Assembly (NCBI RefSeq): GCF_006345805.1 | Contig: NC_042999.1 | Location: 89,714,001-89,778,000 of the forward strand | Source: Octopus sinensis | Taxonomy: Eukaryota | DNA length: 64,000 nucleotides | Direction of reading: 5' to 3' | Part shown: positions 1 to 15,231 of the stretch, piece by piece | How the letters are laid out: every line of letters begins with the position of its first letter | Numbering within the stretch: the stretch's first letter is position 1 | The notes under the pieces: model-generated | What the model was told of the DNA's origin: nothing | The model's input: only the letters and a program-made list of their open reading frames with translations | The model's database searches: none | Translations under genes and position numbers: made by a program

Positions 1-589
1 TTGATGTCTCTCAGCTCTTGATAAACCCTAAACAGATACCTGATTAAAGGGGTCAAGATATGACTACGCTGTCTTTTGGTGGGTTCACTGTGTAACTAAG
101 ACAGCATTACCCAAAGTGTACTTCAGTTTTTAAACGATAGGTTGCAAAGCGAGTGAGAAATTTTGCTGTTTCTACCGGATTGAGCGACTACATTGAAGGC
201 TCTCTACATGGCATGTGAGAAAGGAAGGTATAAATTATATAAGAGGAAAGACTTATTTGCTTTTACCGATTCATAAATTCATGCTTTACAAATGATTTAT
301 AATAATGTTTTGATATTAAATATTACTGACGGAGTACTTAATACAGTAATTGTAAAGGATTTAAGAAGTTTAAAAGATTTAGGTTGTCAACAATAATTTA
401 AAGGCATCACACTGGCGGACATTTACAAGTGTTAAAAACTTCAGATTGCGATAGCCACAGAACCATAAAGGTATTTATTTTATTTATCTTAGACACTCAG
501 TAACATGTAACACAAATTACATAGCTGAAATAACCAACTTGTGAAAACAAAATAAAAAAAACTCCTCAAATACAACTCATACCTCATCC

Positions 590-593
<4 letters not shown>

Positions 594-643
<50 letters not shown>

Positions 644-660
644 CATACATACACACATAA
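594..660. repeat. (TA)n/(TACA)n microsatellite
   Basis: Directly visible tandem repeat. Confidence 0.95.
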
Positions 661-671
661 ATATACACATA

Positions 672-2653
672 CAGTAGTACTCCGGTATTCGCGAGGGTTA
701 CGTTTCTAGAGCATCCGCGAATAGTGAAAAACCGCGAATATTGGACGTGGTCCAGAAAAATGCTTATAAATGTCAAAATATAAAGTAAAATATTATATAT
801 ATATATAATGTTTTATAATAATTTAATAAAAATTAAAGTAAAATGTACTGTTACTCACCAATAGTGAACGATATTGATTTAAGACGATGATGATGAAAAT
901 TGAAAAGGCAATAACTGCACAGCAAAGATTTAAAATTCTTTATGTGACACCTCTTCTTCGGGTGTATTAGGGGATGTCGTATATTTGTGTAAGGCTTTCT
1001 TGATGGGCTTGAGGAACATTGTGATGAGAAGTTGCTTTCGTTGTTTCTTCATGGTAGGGAGGAGAGTTTTATATGTCTGCATGGCAGCATCGATGACATT
1101 TTTAAATTGGAGAGACTAAACCATATACGGATCCCATGCTTCCGTCTTCCCTTGCAATTCCTTTGCTGTCCTTAAAAGGTCGGACAGACGTTCGATTGCC
1201 AGGTCCACCTCATCCACCTCTTCCTCTGGATCTGGCGCTTCCTCCTCCTCCTCCTCCTCCTGGCAGACTTCGTTAACTCCAACAAATCTTCGTCTGTCAG
1301 GGTTTCAGCGTGGGCTTCGACGAGGTCGCTGAACTCATTTTGTCGTCAAAATATTCGCCACCAAGTACCTATGCCAATTTCACCGCATTGTTGACAGCCT
1401 CGTGTTTTTCATGTCTTTCAGAGCAGCGTGGATAACTGACAGGTATGATGCGATCATGAAGTTACGCCAATACTCCTTTAACTTGAAATTCTTGTTCGAA
1501 TCCATTGCGTCCATAAGGTGTTGGAGAAAGTTCCGAGTGTAAAGTGCCTTGAAGGTACTGATCACGCCTTGATCTATAGCCTAGATGAGGGAGGTGGTGT
1601 TGGCAGGGAGAAACTCAACTTACACTCGCCCGTGATTCAAATCCAAAGAGTCTCACCAGCATTATCCATAACATGCAACTCCTTGCAAACATTTTGGAGG
1701 TATTCATTGGTTTGAGGGATGAAGCATTGCTAGACCCAATTCAAAGTCAGACTTTTGGTAATCCAGGCCTTTGGGATGTGCAACCAGTGGACAGGCAGCA
1801 GATTTTTATTCTTATTTTTGAAGGCCCTCGGGTTCGCGGACTTGTAAATTAAGTCCTGGTTTCATCATGAAGCCATCAGCATTACCACGCGTAATTAGCA
1901 TCTCTTTGTCCTTCTGTGCCTTAAAAGCTGGGACTCTGGTTTAGTCCTTCATGATGTGCTTTCTGGAAGGCATCTCCTTCCAGAAGAAGCCCGTTCATAC
2001 TGAAAATCTGTTCCGGCTTGTATCTCTTGTTCTCAATGATCTACCTGAAGGTCTCGAGGTACTTCTCAGCGCCTTTTTTGTCGGCTGATGCTGTCTCTCC
2101 ATACAGGGAAACACACTTTATTTTCGACCGTTTCTGGAAACGGTCAAACAGCCCCTTGCTGGAGTAAAGACTGTTTGCCAACATAACATGGCTGTCCTGG
2201 TTTAGGACGAATGTTGCTGTAATTTAATCTCAGGAGACATCGTCTCCAGCTGACTATACGACACGATCTGTACTGTCTCTGGAGAAGGCAGTAGTATTGT
2301 GTCGCAACCACTTTTCCTGATTAAGTTATGAAACTTAAATAGTTGCCTCATTGTTACCTCCACGTTCGTTACATTGCCGCCTACTGCAGCAGAAAAACTG
2401 GGTCTTTCCTTTTCCTGTGTTTTCATTTCACTTACATTTTCACTGGTATTACCTTTTCCCATCGCGGGAAAATCTTTTTTTGATGCAATATTAAATTACA
2501 TCATATACTTTTTTAAACTGCCAGAAATGACAAAAAATGACAAAATAAATTCACTAACCAGCAGCGGGTAAAGAAAAATCGTTCAGCAAAAAATATTTTT
2601 TTGCACAATAATTTCAAAACAGAAATTTCTGCCCCGTAGGACGAAAATTACTG
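672..2653 (-). mobile_element. Degenerate Tigger/pogo DNA transposon (DDE_1 transposase pseudogene, about 1180-2460)
   Basis: Minus-strand translations give Tigger motifs across frameshifts: LFDRFQKRSKIKCVSLYGETASADK, FWKEMPSRKHIM, GNADGFMMKPG, EFLPANTTSLI*AIDQGVISTFKALY. Ends read TA-CAGTA on both strands (670-676, 2649-2655), but the TIR match beyond that is poor. Confidence 0.8.
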
Positions 2654-2699
2654 TACCACGAAGAGCAACAGTTCAGCACAGAATAATTGTTCGGTTAGA

Positions 2700-3460
2700 G
2701 GTGGCGCTGCCTAATTCTCGTTCGAAATATAAAGTTTTCAAAGTGATACAATGGATACACGCCGGAAAAGATTTTCAGTATGAACGAGACTGGCTTCTTC
2801 TGGAAGATGCCTTCCAGAACGCACATTATGAAGGACCAGCAATATTCGTCCTAAACCAGGACTGCCATGTTATGTTGGCAAACAATCTTTACTCCAAAGT
2901 ACTGTTGCTGAATATTTCTCGTTGTGAGAATTAAGAATAGTAATTTTCATCCCTTGCTGGTTTGAAAATCTTCCAGCTCCGGTGCTGTCAATGGTCTTGG
3001 TTGCATTCTTCGGTGTCTTCTGCTTCATCTCCTCTGTCGAACTGCTGGTATAATTTTAACGCTTTCTCGCGAATGATGTTATTGCTCAAAGAGATGTTTT
3101 TCTTCATGCAGTCACTTGCAGTCACTGATCCACAATGCCATCCTGACGAAGTACTTATTTCTCACTATCGTTATCTCTTTGACACTTTCACAGACACTTA
3201 CTGCTACGGTAGTCCTGATTGCCACCTCATTCTTCTTTATGTAGCGCATGGTGCTTTCGTTGACAGCATAATACTGCAGCGTAACTTTTACCTTCCCGGA
3301 ACATATCCAGCAGTTGTGCCTTCTCATGGAGCGTCATAACCTTTTTCTGGCGCTTAAGTTCACCGCCAGAAGCCTGAGAAGGTGTAGGGCTTTTGAGTGG
3401 CATCTTAGGGTTTTAAAAACACGCTGTGAAAAATACAGCACTCAACAAAATACTGGGGGT
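2700..3460. mobile_element. Second, rearranged Tigger-like transposase fragment
   Basis: Minus strand 2950-3450 encodes the N-terminal HTH region (YYAVNESTMRYIKKNEVAIRTTV...MALWISDCK). Plus strand about 2755-2840 encodes YTPEKIFSMNETGFFWKMPSRTHIMKD. Confidence 0.75.
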
Positions 3461-3629
3461 AGCTACTGGACGCAGTCTTTTCCAAAAACAAAAAAAAAAT
3501 CAAGAAAAAAATTTTCATTCCGTCTAATATGTGCATACCACCAATAGGAGACTAAGTAGAGATAAAAAATAATTATGGTTTTGAAAAATTTGGTTTATAT
3601 TACCACTAGATACAGTGATCTATACCATG

Positions 3630-3650
3630 ATACTACTACTACTACTACTA

Positions 3651-3740
<90 letters not shown>
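3630..3740. repeat. (TAC)n(TAA)n compound microsatellite
   Basis: Directly visible. Confidence 0.95.
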
Positions 3741-3742
<2 letters not shown>

Positions 3743-4295
3743 CCCTGATGCAGTACCAGGCAGTGGCTCTCATGGCTTCTGATCTTAACTGATTGGAAGT
3801 GTTATCATGTACATTGTTTTGTCTTGGTATAAAAGATGGGCTACAGCAAATATTCTGCTCAATACCACAGATTTGCTTGTCAGTTGTTTGACCTTAACCA
3901 GTTGAGCATGTCCCTTAGTGGCTGACGATATGTGCATCTCTGATCACGAGCAGAAGTAGTGGGGGAGCATCATAGCCATGTGTTGAGAGGGATTCTTTGG
4001 GGTTTGAATAGTTCACCTCTGGAAACATGGGTGGTTCTTTCAACATCCTTAAACAACCCTTATTCAGGGACCGTTTGAGCGGGATGGGCTACTCAACCTG
4101 AAGAAAATTCTAACTGGGCCCCACCTGCAAGGTCATGTGCTGTTTATCTTGATACGAGATCACCATGTCGCGCACATATGGTTGTGATGCATGTGCCTGG
4201 TGTACCTTTATCAGACGGGTAGTCATGATGGGTATATTGGGCTTCGTATATTTTACCCCAGTGTCACTTTGATGGCATGAACTGCTCTCTCACTC

Positions 4296-4345
<50 letters not shown>

Positions 4346-4354
4346 TAATAATAA

Positions 4355-4746
4355 TGGATGGGAAGCACTCCGTCGGTTACGACGATGAGGGTTCCGGTTG
4401 ATCCGAATCAACGGAACAGCCTGCTCGTGAAATTAACGTGTAAGTGGCTGAGCACTCCACAGACACGTGCACCCTTAACGTAGTTCTCGGGGATATTCAG
4501 CGTGACACAGAGAGTGACAAGGCCGGCCCCTTGAAATACAGGTACAACAGAAACAGGAAGTAAGAGTGGGAGAAAGTTATGGTGAAAGAGTACAGCAGGG
4601 ATCACCACCATCCCCTGCCGGAGCCTCGTGGAGTTTTTAGGTGTTTTCGCTCAATAAACACTCACAACGCTCGGTCTGGGAATCGAAACCGCGATCCTAT
4701 GACCGCGAGTCCGCTGCCCTAACCACTGGGCCATTGCGCCTCCACG
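4355..4746 (-). mobile_element. tRNA-derived SINE, family D (extended 3' part)
   Basis: Reverse complement of the head GTGGAGGCGCAATGGCCCAGTGGTTAGGGCAGCGG...GGTTTCGATTCCC (A/B boxes). Same head at 43367, 54848 and 56452. Confidence 0.85.
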
Positions 4747-4859
4747 AATATAATAATAATAATGATAATAATGATAATAATGATGATGATGATGATGATG
4801 ATGATAAGAGACAGAGAGAGGGACCAATACGTAACCTAATTTCAATGAGGCTATATTGC

Positions 4860-6020
4860 CTCACGACCTTGAAAATTATCCTGTTGAAATAAACATTGAG
4901 TATGATCATCTAAAGCAACTTGACGTGTAATATGCATATTATACCTCCCACCCAATGCTTCAAACTGCGATGGCAAGTTTGAAGAATGTCTTACAAAGAT
5001 AAAAGAAGTACTCCCAAACCTGGACCTATGCCTTAATGTATTTCTGATGGGGGGCTTCAACTTCCTTAACATTAGATGGCCCGAAAGTGTCATAACCTCA
5101 GGGCTGACACGAAAAGAATGCAATCAGGCAGAATCTCTAGTAGATCTCACGAAAATGATGTTCATAGAACAGACCATACTTTCCTCAACCAGAAATAACA
5201 TCCTGGATCTCTGCTTCACAAGCAATATGGACCTTATACTCAACATAAAAATATCACCGTCAACTCACTGAGACAATAACATAATAGAACTGTCGATATA
5301 TGGTCCAAAGCTAATTAATGAATCATATAACACTGCTGGATCTCGAGCGCTACCAACCCGAACTTCTTCAAGGCTGACTGGAAGTCTGTCAACAAAGATA
5401 CTCCAGCAAAACTGGCTTTAAAATTTGTTCATGCAAGATACTGACATGAAATTCAATGAGTTCATGTCAACAATGCGAGCCATATGCATTAAGTTTGTCC
5501 CAGAGATAAAAGCTACCACACATAAGAACATTATTCCCCGAGATAGGAGAATCCTAATGAGACAGATGATAAAGATCTCAGATTGCTTAAATAAGGAGGC
5601 TAAAGACAGCAAAAAGCCCTAGCTCAAATGACGCTCTTAGAGACTGAGAATAAAATCAGACATTCCCATGAAAAAGAAAGGGTAAACGGGGAAGCCAGGA
5701 TGGTGGAAAATATAAAAAGGAACCCTAAAGTTTTCTGCAAGTTCGCAAAAGACTCTGCCTCAGTGTGATACAGGATAGGGCCGTTGTTTGATGAAAAGGA
5801 ATCACTGACTGCAAACCCCAAGAGGATAAGTGAAGCACTGAATAAACAATTCCAAACTGTTTTCACCTCTCCACCGGAAAACATGAAAATAAGCAGACCT
5901 GATGAGTTCTTCAACACATCTAACCTACCTGAGAACATGGTGACCATCAATTACATTGACATTACAGAAGATGTATTGTCGGCCATTGACGAGATAAACT
6001 CATACTCTGCAATAGGCTTT
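4860..6020 (+). mobile_element. CR1-group LINE ORF2 fragment (APE endonuclease C-terminus plus linker), degenerate
   Basis: LMGGFNFLNIRW...STRNNILDLCFTSN (GDFN...PTR..ILDL motif), NFFKADW, KRNPKVFCKFAK, ISEALNKQFQTVFT. Stops and frameshifts present. Confidence 0.8.
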
Positions 6021-6880
6021 TCTCAGAGACTTACAACGTAGAAGCGTTACAGGGCTGATTAAGTCAACCCTATCCGCACCTCTACAAAAGAAACAGTTTC
6101 ATACGTAGGCGATATTATAGTTACTTTTCCCAGTATTTTCAATGAGCAGTAACACATCTACGTTAAGCTCTCCATCTACAGAGAAATACGATTTGAAACA
6201 GACAGATTAAAAGAAGCACCTCCAAATCTACCAGCTTTCCACTAGTCAACAGAGAACTTCTGCATGGTCGTTCGAATATGTCATAACTTGACCTACAACC
6301 TGTACGCTTTAACTTTGTTCGATCAAGGGTTAAGCTAAGGAAAACAACAACAACAACAAAATAAACTCATTATTTTGGGGAAGTCTGAATAGGCTATGAA
6401 TACTTCCCCTTCTCATCTAACTAAATAAAATTAAAATTTGAAGGATAATGAATTTCTGAAAAGCTGTTTTACATTTATTGAGAGATGTTTTTTCCATACA
6501 AAAGCACACTTAAGAATATTACTAAGGACATGCTGAGGAGAACCTATGTGAGTTAATCACTATGCAGTTGTTTGACGTACTAGAAATAACAGCCAAACCA
6601 CAAATTACACGTCATTGTCTTTCAAAAGGAAGCTACATTGGATAATGTCGTCCGAAATATACTATTTGAAGAAAACCGAATGACCATAACTGTATCTGCT
6701 GGACAGGAGCTAACCTGGGGGTAATCTCCATAATCATTAAGCGATGCATTATTCACACAGCCATGTCGAAGATTAAGACATTCAAAAGAAGGACAATACG
6801 TACAATGAAGCCAATACGTACAATATCTGAAAAACATGAGACATGGTCAAATGAGAAGTTTCGTATCTATGATAGTATAG

Positions 6881-7197
6881 GTGACCCCTTCGGTCATTAA
6901 TAACCATGGGATTGCTCCTAGAAAGTTGTCCTCCAAGGTACAAGTCCGGGCAAATTTGTTTGTGGAACACCAGGAGTCAACCTCTCTCCACACCAGTGAT
7001 ATTGCCCAAGGGAAAGGCAAAGGACGATAGAGTTTGGCACCAATGATGTCGCAACTCATTTCTACAGCTGAGTGAACTGGAACAACGTGAAATAAAGTGT
7101 CTTGCTCAAGAGCACAAAACACAACCCGGTCTGGGAATCGTACTCACTACCCCTGATTGTGAGCCGGACGCCCTAACCACTCAGCTATGTGTCTTCA
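6881..7197 (-). mobile_element. tRNA-derived SINE, family B (diverged)
   Basis: Reverse-strand homology along its length to the 22733 and 34488 copies. Confidence 0.8.
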
Positions 7198-9059
7198 CAT
7201 TCATTTGAGACCTATTGGTCCGAAAATAATATTTAATCAATGTAGTTTCTGCAGTACATATATTGATTTCATAAAAAGCAATGAGACTATACAACCGGAA
7301 CATATCTTTAAAAAACAATTGAGAGCTTGCTAGTCTTCAATAGGATCCAATCATCATATCTCCGATATTATTAATAACACATAAATGTGTTCATTCTTTT
7401 ATATCGGATACCATAAGATCCATATCACTGCATTTCATATCACTGTGCAGTATGTCTTCACCAAGGTCGAGGTTTGGTATATCTGAAACATTCTGTGGGT
7501 CGTAGGTCATCGTTTGGTCAGTTAAATTACATATCATAGTTCTGTTTACTCAGAGATGACCATGGGCTATACAACACCAAAAACAACAATGGTCTATCAA
7601 TCATCAACTGGCAATCCCTACCATTTGCCTTCATTGTTTAATTACTTGCTGTTAGGCAACTTTTACGCGTTTCTTTTCATTTTTGTTATTCACCTTGTTT
7701 ATCCTCTGTCAATTACAAACTGCTCAATACAATGCCGATTCGTTATTTGTCAAAGAGAACATGCATACTCCAACGTCACAGAGCATTATTATACTTGTTA
7801 CATGGGTCTTAATTGAATTTTAGATTCGTTGGTGAACTGTTTGCATGTTACTATTTTTATATAGTTTGAATTTTTGCATTTTTATATAGTTACAAAAGAA
7901 GACTTCCATTTACTTCTCTGTTGACTTCAATCTACTTCTCTGTTGACTTCAATCTACTTCTCTGTTGAGTTCACTTAGTAGTCTATTATTTTGTCTCTCT
8001 ATCTCCTTATGGGTTATTACCTATCAGGAATCTTGAGTCATTTTCTCGCTATGTACGAAATGCACTCGGCGTGGTGTCATTTGTATCGCTATTCGGGCTT
8101 CCCAAGAAATCTCGTTTCCTCAGATTACGAACTTTTATAGTGTAAACATTAAGCTAACAAACTGGTGTCAGCCGTATACATTTTATTAGTTAATTTAAGA
8201 CATAGAAGTTATATGGGTCAGTTACAGATTAAACTTTTGATACCAACTGTCCTAGAATTGCTTGTGGTTCAATATTATAAATTTTCTATTTCAAAGTAAA
8301 CTAAAATTCCATCACAATTTCGTGATTTTATTTATATCCCAAATACAAGTTTAGTAATGACAAAGTTATTTTATTAAATTTTTCTTTATTTCCAAAATTA
8401 TTTGAAACACAGGCAGTGTATTTCGACAGAACTGTTTTAACGAAAAGGGATATGGCTAGATTACAGAGTAAGGATGATAATTCTCGACAGCTAAATTCAC
8501 TAATCACCTGCAGTTGTAAGTTAAATTAGCAAGCCTCGTACACTTATACTCGTACATTTTGAGGTTAACAACTATCGCAGATACAATTATAGTGCGATAA
8601 ACATTTCCTTGCTATCAATTCATCGATCATTTATTTTCCATGTGACTTCCATTCATTAAATTTATGCAGAGATTCTATTCTGAGAATGATTTGAACGGAT
8701 TATTATCTGCTTGTTTTTTAGTTTAAGCTATTTCCTTGAAGATCATTATGGGAAATGGTCTCAGATTTTAATTTGAGACCAATCCCCGTAAAATCAATTG
8801 CTATTAAGGATGTAAAATCAATTGCTATTAAGGATAAGATGAACCAGAAGAGAATGTCTGAGAAAATATTTGTGATCGTTCTGATGCGCCAGAATTTTCA
8901 TTTAAAAAGGATTTTTTCTTTACTTTTAGTCAATGATTCCGAGAGTCGTTGAGTGTCAAAGTGGTTTGATGCTGCAAACACAATAGATTGTTTTGTGTTC
9001 TGTGTTAATATAGAAGCATAAGAAAAGAAGAATTTAACTATGCATATACCAAATGGTTG

Positions 9060-9217
9060 GACAGGTATGGCTGTGTCACAGCCACGTTAGCCAAAACTCG
9101 GTTCCATTACGTGGCATCTTTGGTGTCTTCTAGTATAGCCTTAAGTTGATCAATGCCTTATGAGTGAAACTGATAATGGAAACTGTGGATATGTCCATTC
9201 ATATAATGTGTGTGATG

Positions 9218-9305
<88 letters not shown>

Positions 9306-9522
9306 GTACGTTTGTATGTGTCTTTATATCTGTCCATAGGTTGTCACTCCGGTTTATGCTTATGTCCAGTAACCTAATTGTGTGACAAATTGATATTGCT
9401 AAAATATATGTACCAAATCTAAAAATAAGGACTGGAATCGGTATGATTACCAAAATATTTTTCAAGACACTGCCCAGACACGGTCGTAATCCAATGACTG
9501 AAATAAATAAAGACTAAAAGAG
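9060..9522 (+). mobile_element. SINE family A (degenerate, internal (TA)n)
   Basis: Head, body and tail align loosely with the 13697-14080 copy; the microsatellite is at the same internal position. Confidence 0.6.
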
Positions 9523-10619
9523 TATTGCTCAAGTGATCTCTCAGAAGTCAAATAAGAGAAAATTAGGTACTTAAAGACAATACATGCATCAAACGTTGGA
9601 AATATATGAATAACACGTTGACATTTAAACATATTAAAAATGAAGTAAGATGACATTTTCACAAATGTATAATTTGCCCTACGAATATTTTGTACATTGC
9701 AAGTTTCGGTAATTTCTACTTAGGAATCATTCAGCAAACGAAAATTCCTATCCAGAGATCCCTGGAGAACACGATGACACGAGAGAAACAGAATGACCTA
9801 GCAGTTCTCAGCATTTAGAACAAATTTGCAGGAAGAAGTGATTTCAATGAAATAATGATAAAACATTTGCTTTTAAAAAGGGCGTAAAGCATGTTTCGTT
9901 TAATCATGATAATTGAGAATACTGCATTATTGAATTCATAAAAGTAAATCTTAACAATGAGGTTAAACTTTCACTAAATTATCCACTTAATTCAGCTGAT
10001 ATTTTCCTTTTTCTCAAAATACTGTTGTTGACTGCTAAAAGCTTTAGAGCATGAATATTTTCATAAAAGAAAATCGACTATTTAAGGCACAACTTCGAGA
10101 CATTAATGCTTGAAATGCCAAAATGTTGATAAAATTACTGAAAGCGAAGAGCTTCCCGCACTTGGCTCATTAGACCGCCACAAGAATCCTGCTTCTAGTT
10201 CTAACCCAGGGCCCACATCTGTTGTCGAAGGTCCTGTTTACAATATACATACTCAAGTGCATACGTGCGCACTCATAACGAATGTATGCGTATGCATTTG
10301 TATGTGTACACACTCACTCACTCCCTCACTCACTCACACACACACATATGTATATACACATATATACGCACGCAAACAAGATATAGATAGGATCCCTTAA
10401 TTTCACGTCGATCTTTAATCGAAACTACTTTCTCCCACATCATACAGTTTCTATCCTTATACATCACACCTGCACCTACATTTCTTATTTTCTCCCTACT
10501 TTTTCAAAAACTGCTGATTTATTATTTAGTGTAGACTCTTTCTCTATCCCCAAGCTGCTGGATTTAACTACAAACGCATAAAAGAGAGTTCATTGCAACA
10601 ATTCAAGGCAACTAGATCA

Positions 10620-11900
10620 AATACATCAATCGAAAGCGGGGGCGATTATACGAAAAGGAACTATAAAGACATTAAACTTGATGTTCACAAACGTTTGAAG
10701 CAGAAGAAAACTTCAGTTATATTGCAAAATCTTTCAAGATTGCAACGTCTACAGTCAGCTATCAAGATATTAGTTTTTCGTGGATTTGATGTGTTATTTA
10801 GTTTGGGACGATTCTTGAGAGTGTAGATAGACAATCAGACAGGACGTAATATTCAATATTTACAGCAACAATAAACTGAAACTTCTAATGCAACATCTTT
10901 TCTGCTTAGCAAAAGATGATCTAAATGGTTTAGGGGGTAACTTTATTTGCGTAACATTAATGTAATTAGTGAAGCTGTCAGTGGACAGAGGCTATTATCC
11001 AATATTCAAAGGAGTTGAAAAAGTTGTAGGTGAAGAAGGTGCTATACACCAAAGTATTTGTACAGTATTGTCAAAATTAAACTTTTGAGGAAGCGCATAC
11101 CTATTAAAGCTTTTATATCTAGCGGGAAAATCTGTACCAGGCTTTGAAGTTTCATAAAATCGTTGAACTTTTCTTGCGAGAAAAACTGCTCCTGGTGATT
11201 TGTTCGTGAATTTATGTGCTTTCGTGAGTTACCCTTTCATCCACATGTTATCATGTTATTTGTTGATCAAGTAAGCTAGAGACTGCTTGAATGACTATAA
11301 GCCCTTTTCAAGAGAATATTACAAACAATTTTTGCCCTGCTGTAGAAAAGGACAAGACCGGCTGTAATAGTTAACTGTGAAGAGTTTTACCTGAAAACTT
11401 AGTAGCAACTCATAAAAGCAATTGATGGACAGGAAAATCTGAATTTAAATACTTCTGGTAAAAGATGTTCATTATTGTAGATGCAATAGATAACATAGCC
11501 GTTTAATGAGACGCTACTAACGGTGTTTGGAAAACTATTTGGCTAGATTGTATTCGTGAGTTTACAGATATTCAGTCAGCAGAAAGTCAACATTAAATCC
11601 GGTAAGACATTGGGAAACTTGCGACACTGGCAAATGGTGAAGTCGTAGAAGATTTCATCATTAAGTTACAAGAGTCTATTAAAACTTGTTAATGAGAAGC
11701 TTGTTAAAAGAAGAGCAAGCTGCAACGAAAGATGTACATATTCAAATGACACTCACTTCACTTCAGTTGATTGCTAAAAATTTAACTAAAGCGTTGCTAC
11801 TTATGTTGGAAGTTTCTGCTTGTCTTTTGCTGATGACGGTCCTAATTAGTTACTTATAAAGTTGAAAAAAGCTCATAATGAGCTTAGTCCTGACGCTGAT
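10620..11900 (+). mobile_element. Highly degenerate Tigger/pogo transposase
   Basis: KDIKLDVHKRFEAEENFSYIAKSFKIATSTV (HTH-like), a WF...RNINVISEA segment and TNGVWKTIW...EF (DDE C-terminal) appear in the expected order, with many stops. Confidence 0.55.
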
Positions 11901-12782
11901 TTGCATAAAAAGATGGAGTTCCGTACACATAAAACAATTGGGATTAGTTCTTCACCTCTGTAGTTCTACAGAGAAGATAGTGGCTCTTTTCTTTATTACA
12001 AATGAATATTAGCATAAATTCATTGCTTTCCGGTTACATGGCGGGGATTTCTGTTAACTTTGGATGTAGGTATTTTGAAGTTACTATCAGTAATTTTTTT
12101 TCCCATTTTATGCTCAAAAGATTAATGTTTTCTTTCACTGTATCCGCAGTTAGTAGCTCAAGTCTTTAAGGTGAATTATGTAATAAAATAAAAGCATTAT
12201 TTTACCAGGTGTGAATGTATTTACCAACACTTGAGTGATTTATACTTGGAATTTGTCATATCATTTATCAAGTCAAGTACAAAAGCTGGATTCGATTTAT
12301 GAGAACCTCTATGTGGTCGCTAGATCTGTTAGAAATAGTAAGTAAATCACAGCATAATGAAGGGACGTCCTAGATAATGTAGCATATATATATATTTCGG
12401 GAGCGAACGAAGCCAACTTTGCATAGCATAGCGGGCAAGGATCTTTTAACACTTGCTTGACCCTGGGACCCTTTCAAACTGCAGAAGAGATATCTATAGC
12501 CCTTGTCTGCATTTTAAACGCTACCTGCAGCAGGCGTGAGATTTCCCGTTCATTGATTTGGGTTATAAAAAATAATTGCAAAATGTAACCAACCTAAGTG
12601 TGGAGATTCTCATTCATCGATTAAGACCATAAAATTTTGCTGACCAGACTGGTTTAAGGGCGATGACCCGTCCTGTTTAAGGCTCAGACAATATATAATA
12701 TTTTTTTTGTCTACAAATTAATTGACCGTAAAAGTCTTCTCTCTCTAGTTTGAAGAGAGGTTATATGTGCGCGCCATCGAAG

Positions 12783-13220
<438 letters not shown>

Positions 13221-13696
13221 ATATATATATATACATACATACAGTGTGTCTGAAAAACATGCGGCATGGTCAAGTCTGGAGTGACATTGATCAAGAGATT
13301 GCTCGATCTTGACTGATTTGACCACCAACAGTGCTGAATTTAGAGCAGTTCTAATTATACATGTGTGGTAATGAGTGATGATTATAATCAACACTGTTAT
13401 ATTATTTATTCATTAAAGAAAATGAACACAGCGACTAAATATAAAAACAAGTTACTTCTCAAAATAGTTAAGACCTTGTTATAGCGATGTGTTAACTGGC
13501 AGTTATGTTCGATCTTGGAATCTCAAGAATATACAACTTTCACCACCAGTATAAATGCTGCGATTTGTTATATACATTATATCTAATTATATTACGTAAA
13601 TGTTTTTGAAAGTATTAGGTGAAATGTTACCATTATTATCTGTGTGTTCGCGTGTATCTGAAAGTATGTGTGCATATTTATTTTTATATATATTAT

Positions 13697-13887
13697 AGGC
13701 GCAGGAGTGGCTGTGTGGTAAGTAGCTTGCTTACCAACCACATGGTTCCGGGTTCAGTCCCACTGCGTGGCACCTTGGGCAAGTGTCTTCTTCTATAGCC
13801 TCGGGTCGACCAAAGCCTTGTGAGTGGATTTGGTAGACGGAAACTGAAAGAAGCCCGTCGTATATATGTATATGTATATAGATATAG

Positions 13888-13927
<40 letters not shown>

Positions 13928-14080
13928 TGTCCCTCCAACAACACTTGACAACCATAACTTAGCGGTTCGGCAAAAGAGACCGATAGAATAAGTCCTGGGG
14001 TCGATTTGCTCGACTAGAGGCGGTGCTCCAGCATGACCACAGTCAAATGACTAAAACAAATAAAAGAGTAAAAGAGTAAA
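13697..14080 (+). mobile_element. SINE family A, full length
   Basis: AGGCGCAGGAGTGGCTGTGTGGTAAG...GGTTCAGTCCC head, CORE-like segment, internal (TA)/(TG)n, (AAAAGAGT)n-type tail. Confidence 0.9.
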
Positions 14081-14519
14081 ATATATATAAAAATAATTTA
14101 ACATTAAACTGAGAGTTACTCAATACTTTTTTGAAGAGTGCATATTAATTCATATTTACAAAGGAGAGCTCGACAGTAACTTCGAAATTCTGGTTTATCA
14201 TTTGTCATCAAACTGTCTGAAAATAGCTGGTAAACCTACATTTCGAAGTCACAATCAACCTTTGCTTGGTAAAATTTAATATGCATGTGTGTGTTGTATG
14301 GCTTCACGTCTTCCTCGAATGGATTGCTTTGTGGCCAAAGGCATTCCATCCATGACCATGTCTTTTTTTCCAAAAGTGACATGAAGCTTATCTGGCTATT
14401 ATTTCTAACGAGGGCTAGGACAATAAAAAGGTTATTTTTCCACTTCCTTAGCCAAATATAAAAATGGGTTCCAATTATTCTAAAGCATTCTTTTTATTCC
14501 TATTTCGGTAATGTGACTG

Positions 14520-14882
14520 AGGCCTTACTGTAGCATCGCCTTAAAGGGGTTTTTAGTCGAAGAAATCGCCATCAGGACTTATTCTTCGTAAGCCTAATAC
14601 TTATTCTATCAGTCTCTGATGCTGAACTGGTAGGTTACGGGGATGTAAACACACCAATATCGGTTGTCAAGCGATGGTGGGGGACAAAAACACATACGCG
14701 CGCGCGCACAAACACATATATATACGACGAGCTTCTTTCAGTTTCCGTCTATTAAATCCACTCACAAGGCGTAGGGCGGCTCGAGGCTATAGTAGAAGAC
14801 ACTTGCCGAAAGTGCCACACAGTAGGACTGAGCCTGAAACCATGTGAGTGGGAAGCAAGCTTCTTACCACACAGCCACGCCT
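14520..14882 (-). mobile_element. SINE family A (diverged)
   Basis: Aligns with 12783-13220. Confidence 0.85.
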
Positions 14883-15231
14883 ACGTCACACAGATATACA
14901 CGAACATTTTCTTTCAAATTAATGCCCTGTGCACATGATATCTGGTGCACCATAGGTGTGTTATTGCTGAAATTGTGTAGTCCCTAGTCATCTTTGTAGC
15001 GGCATAGCAGAAGATGCTCAACGACGGGAGACAAACACTTTTGGCGCCACACCTTAAGTAATAGACATCACACCAGAGAAAATTTTGCACTCTTTCACAC
15101 ACGCGCTTCTAGAGTTATGTTCAAGAAGAAAGACAGGAGAAGGACTAGGTTCGAACTACAGATCTGTCAAACTAGTTATGTCATTCCGAACTTGCTGTTA
15201 ATCCACTTTCGAGACTATGGTGGTTGCTGCA

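Noticed and set aside
7910-8830. Short tandem duplications (22-bp x ~3 at about 7912; 24-bp x2 at about 8789)
   Set aside because: They have no spacers, so they are not a CRISPR-like array; ordinary slippage repeats.
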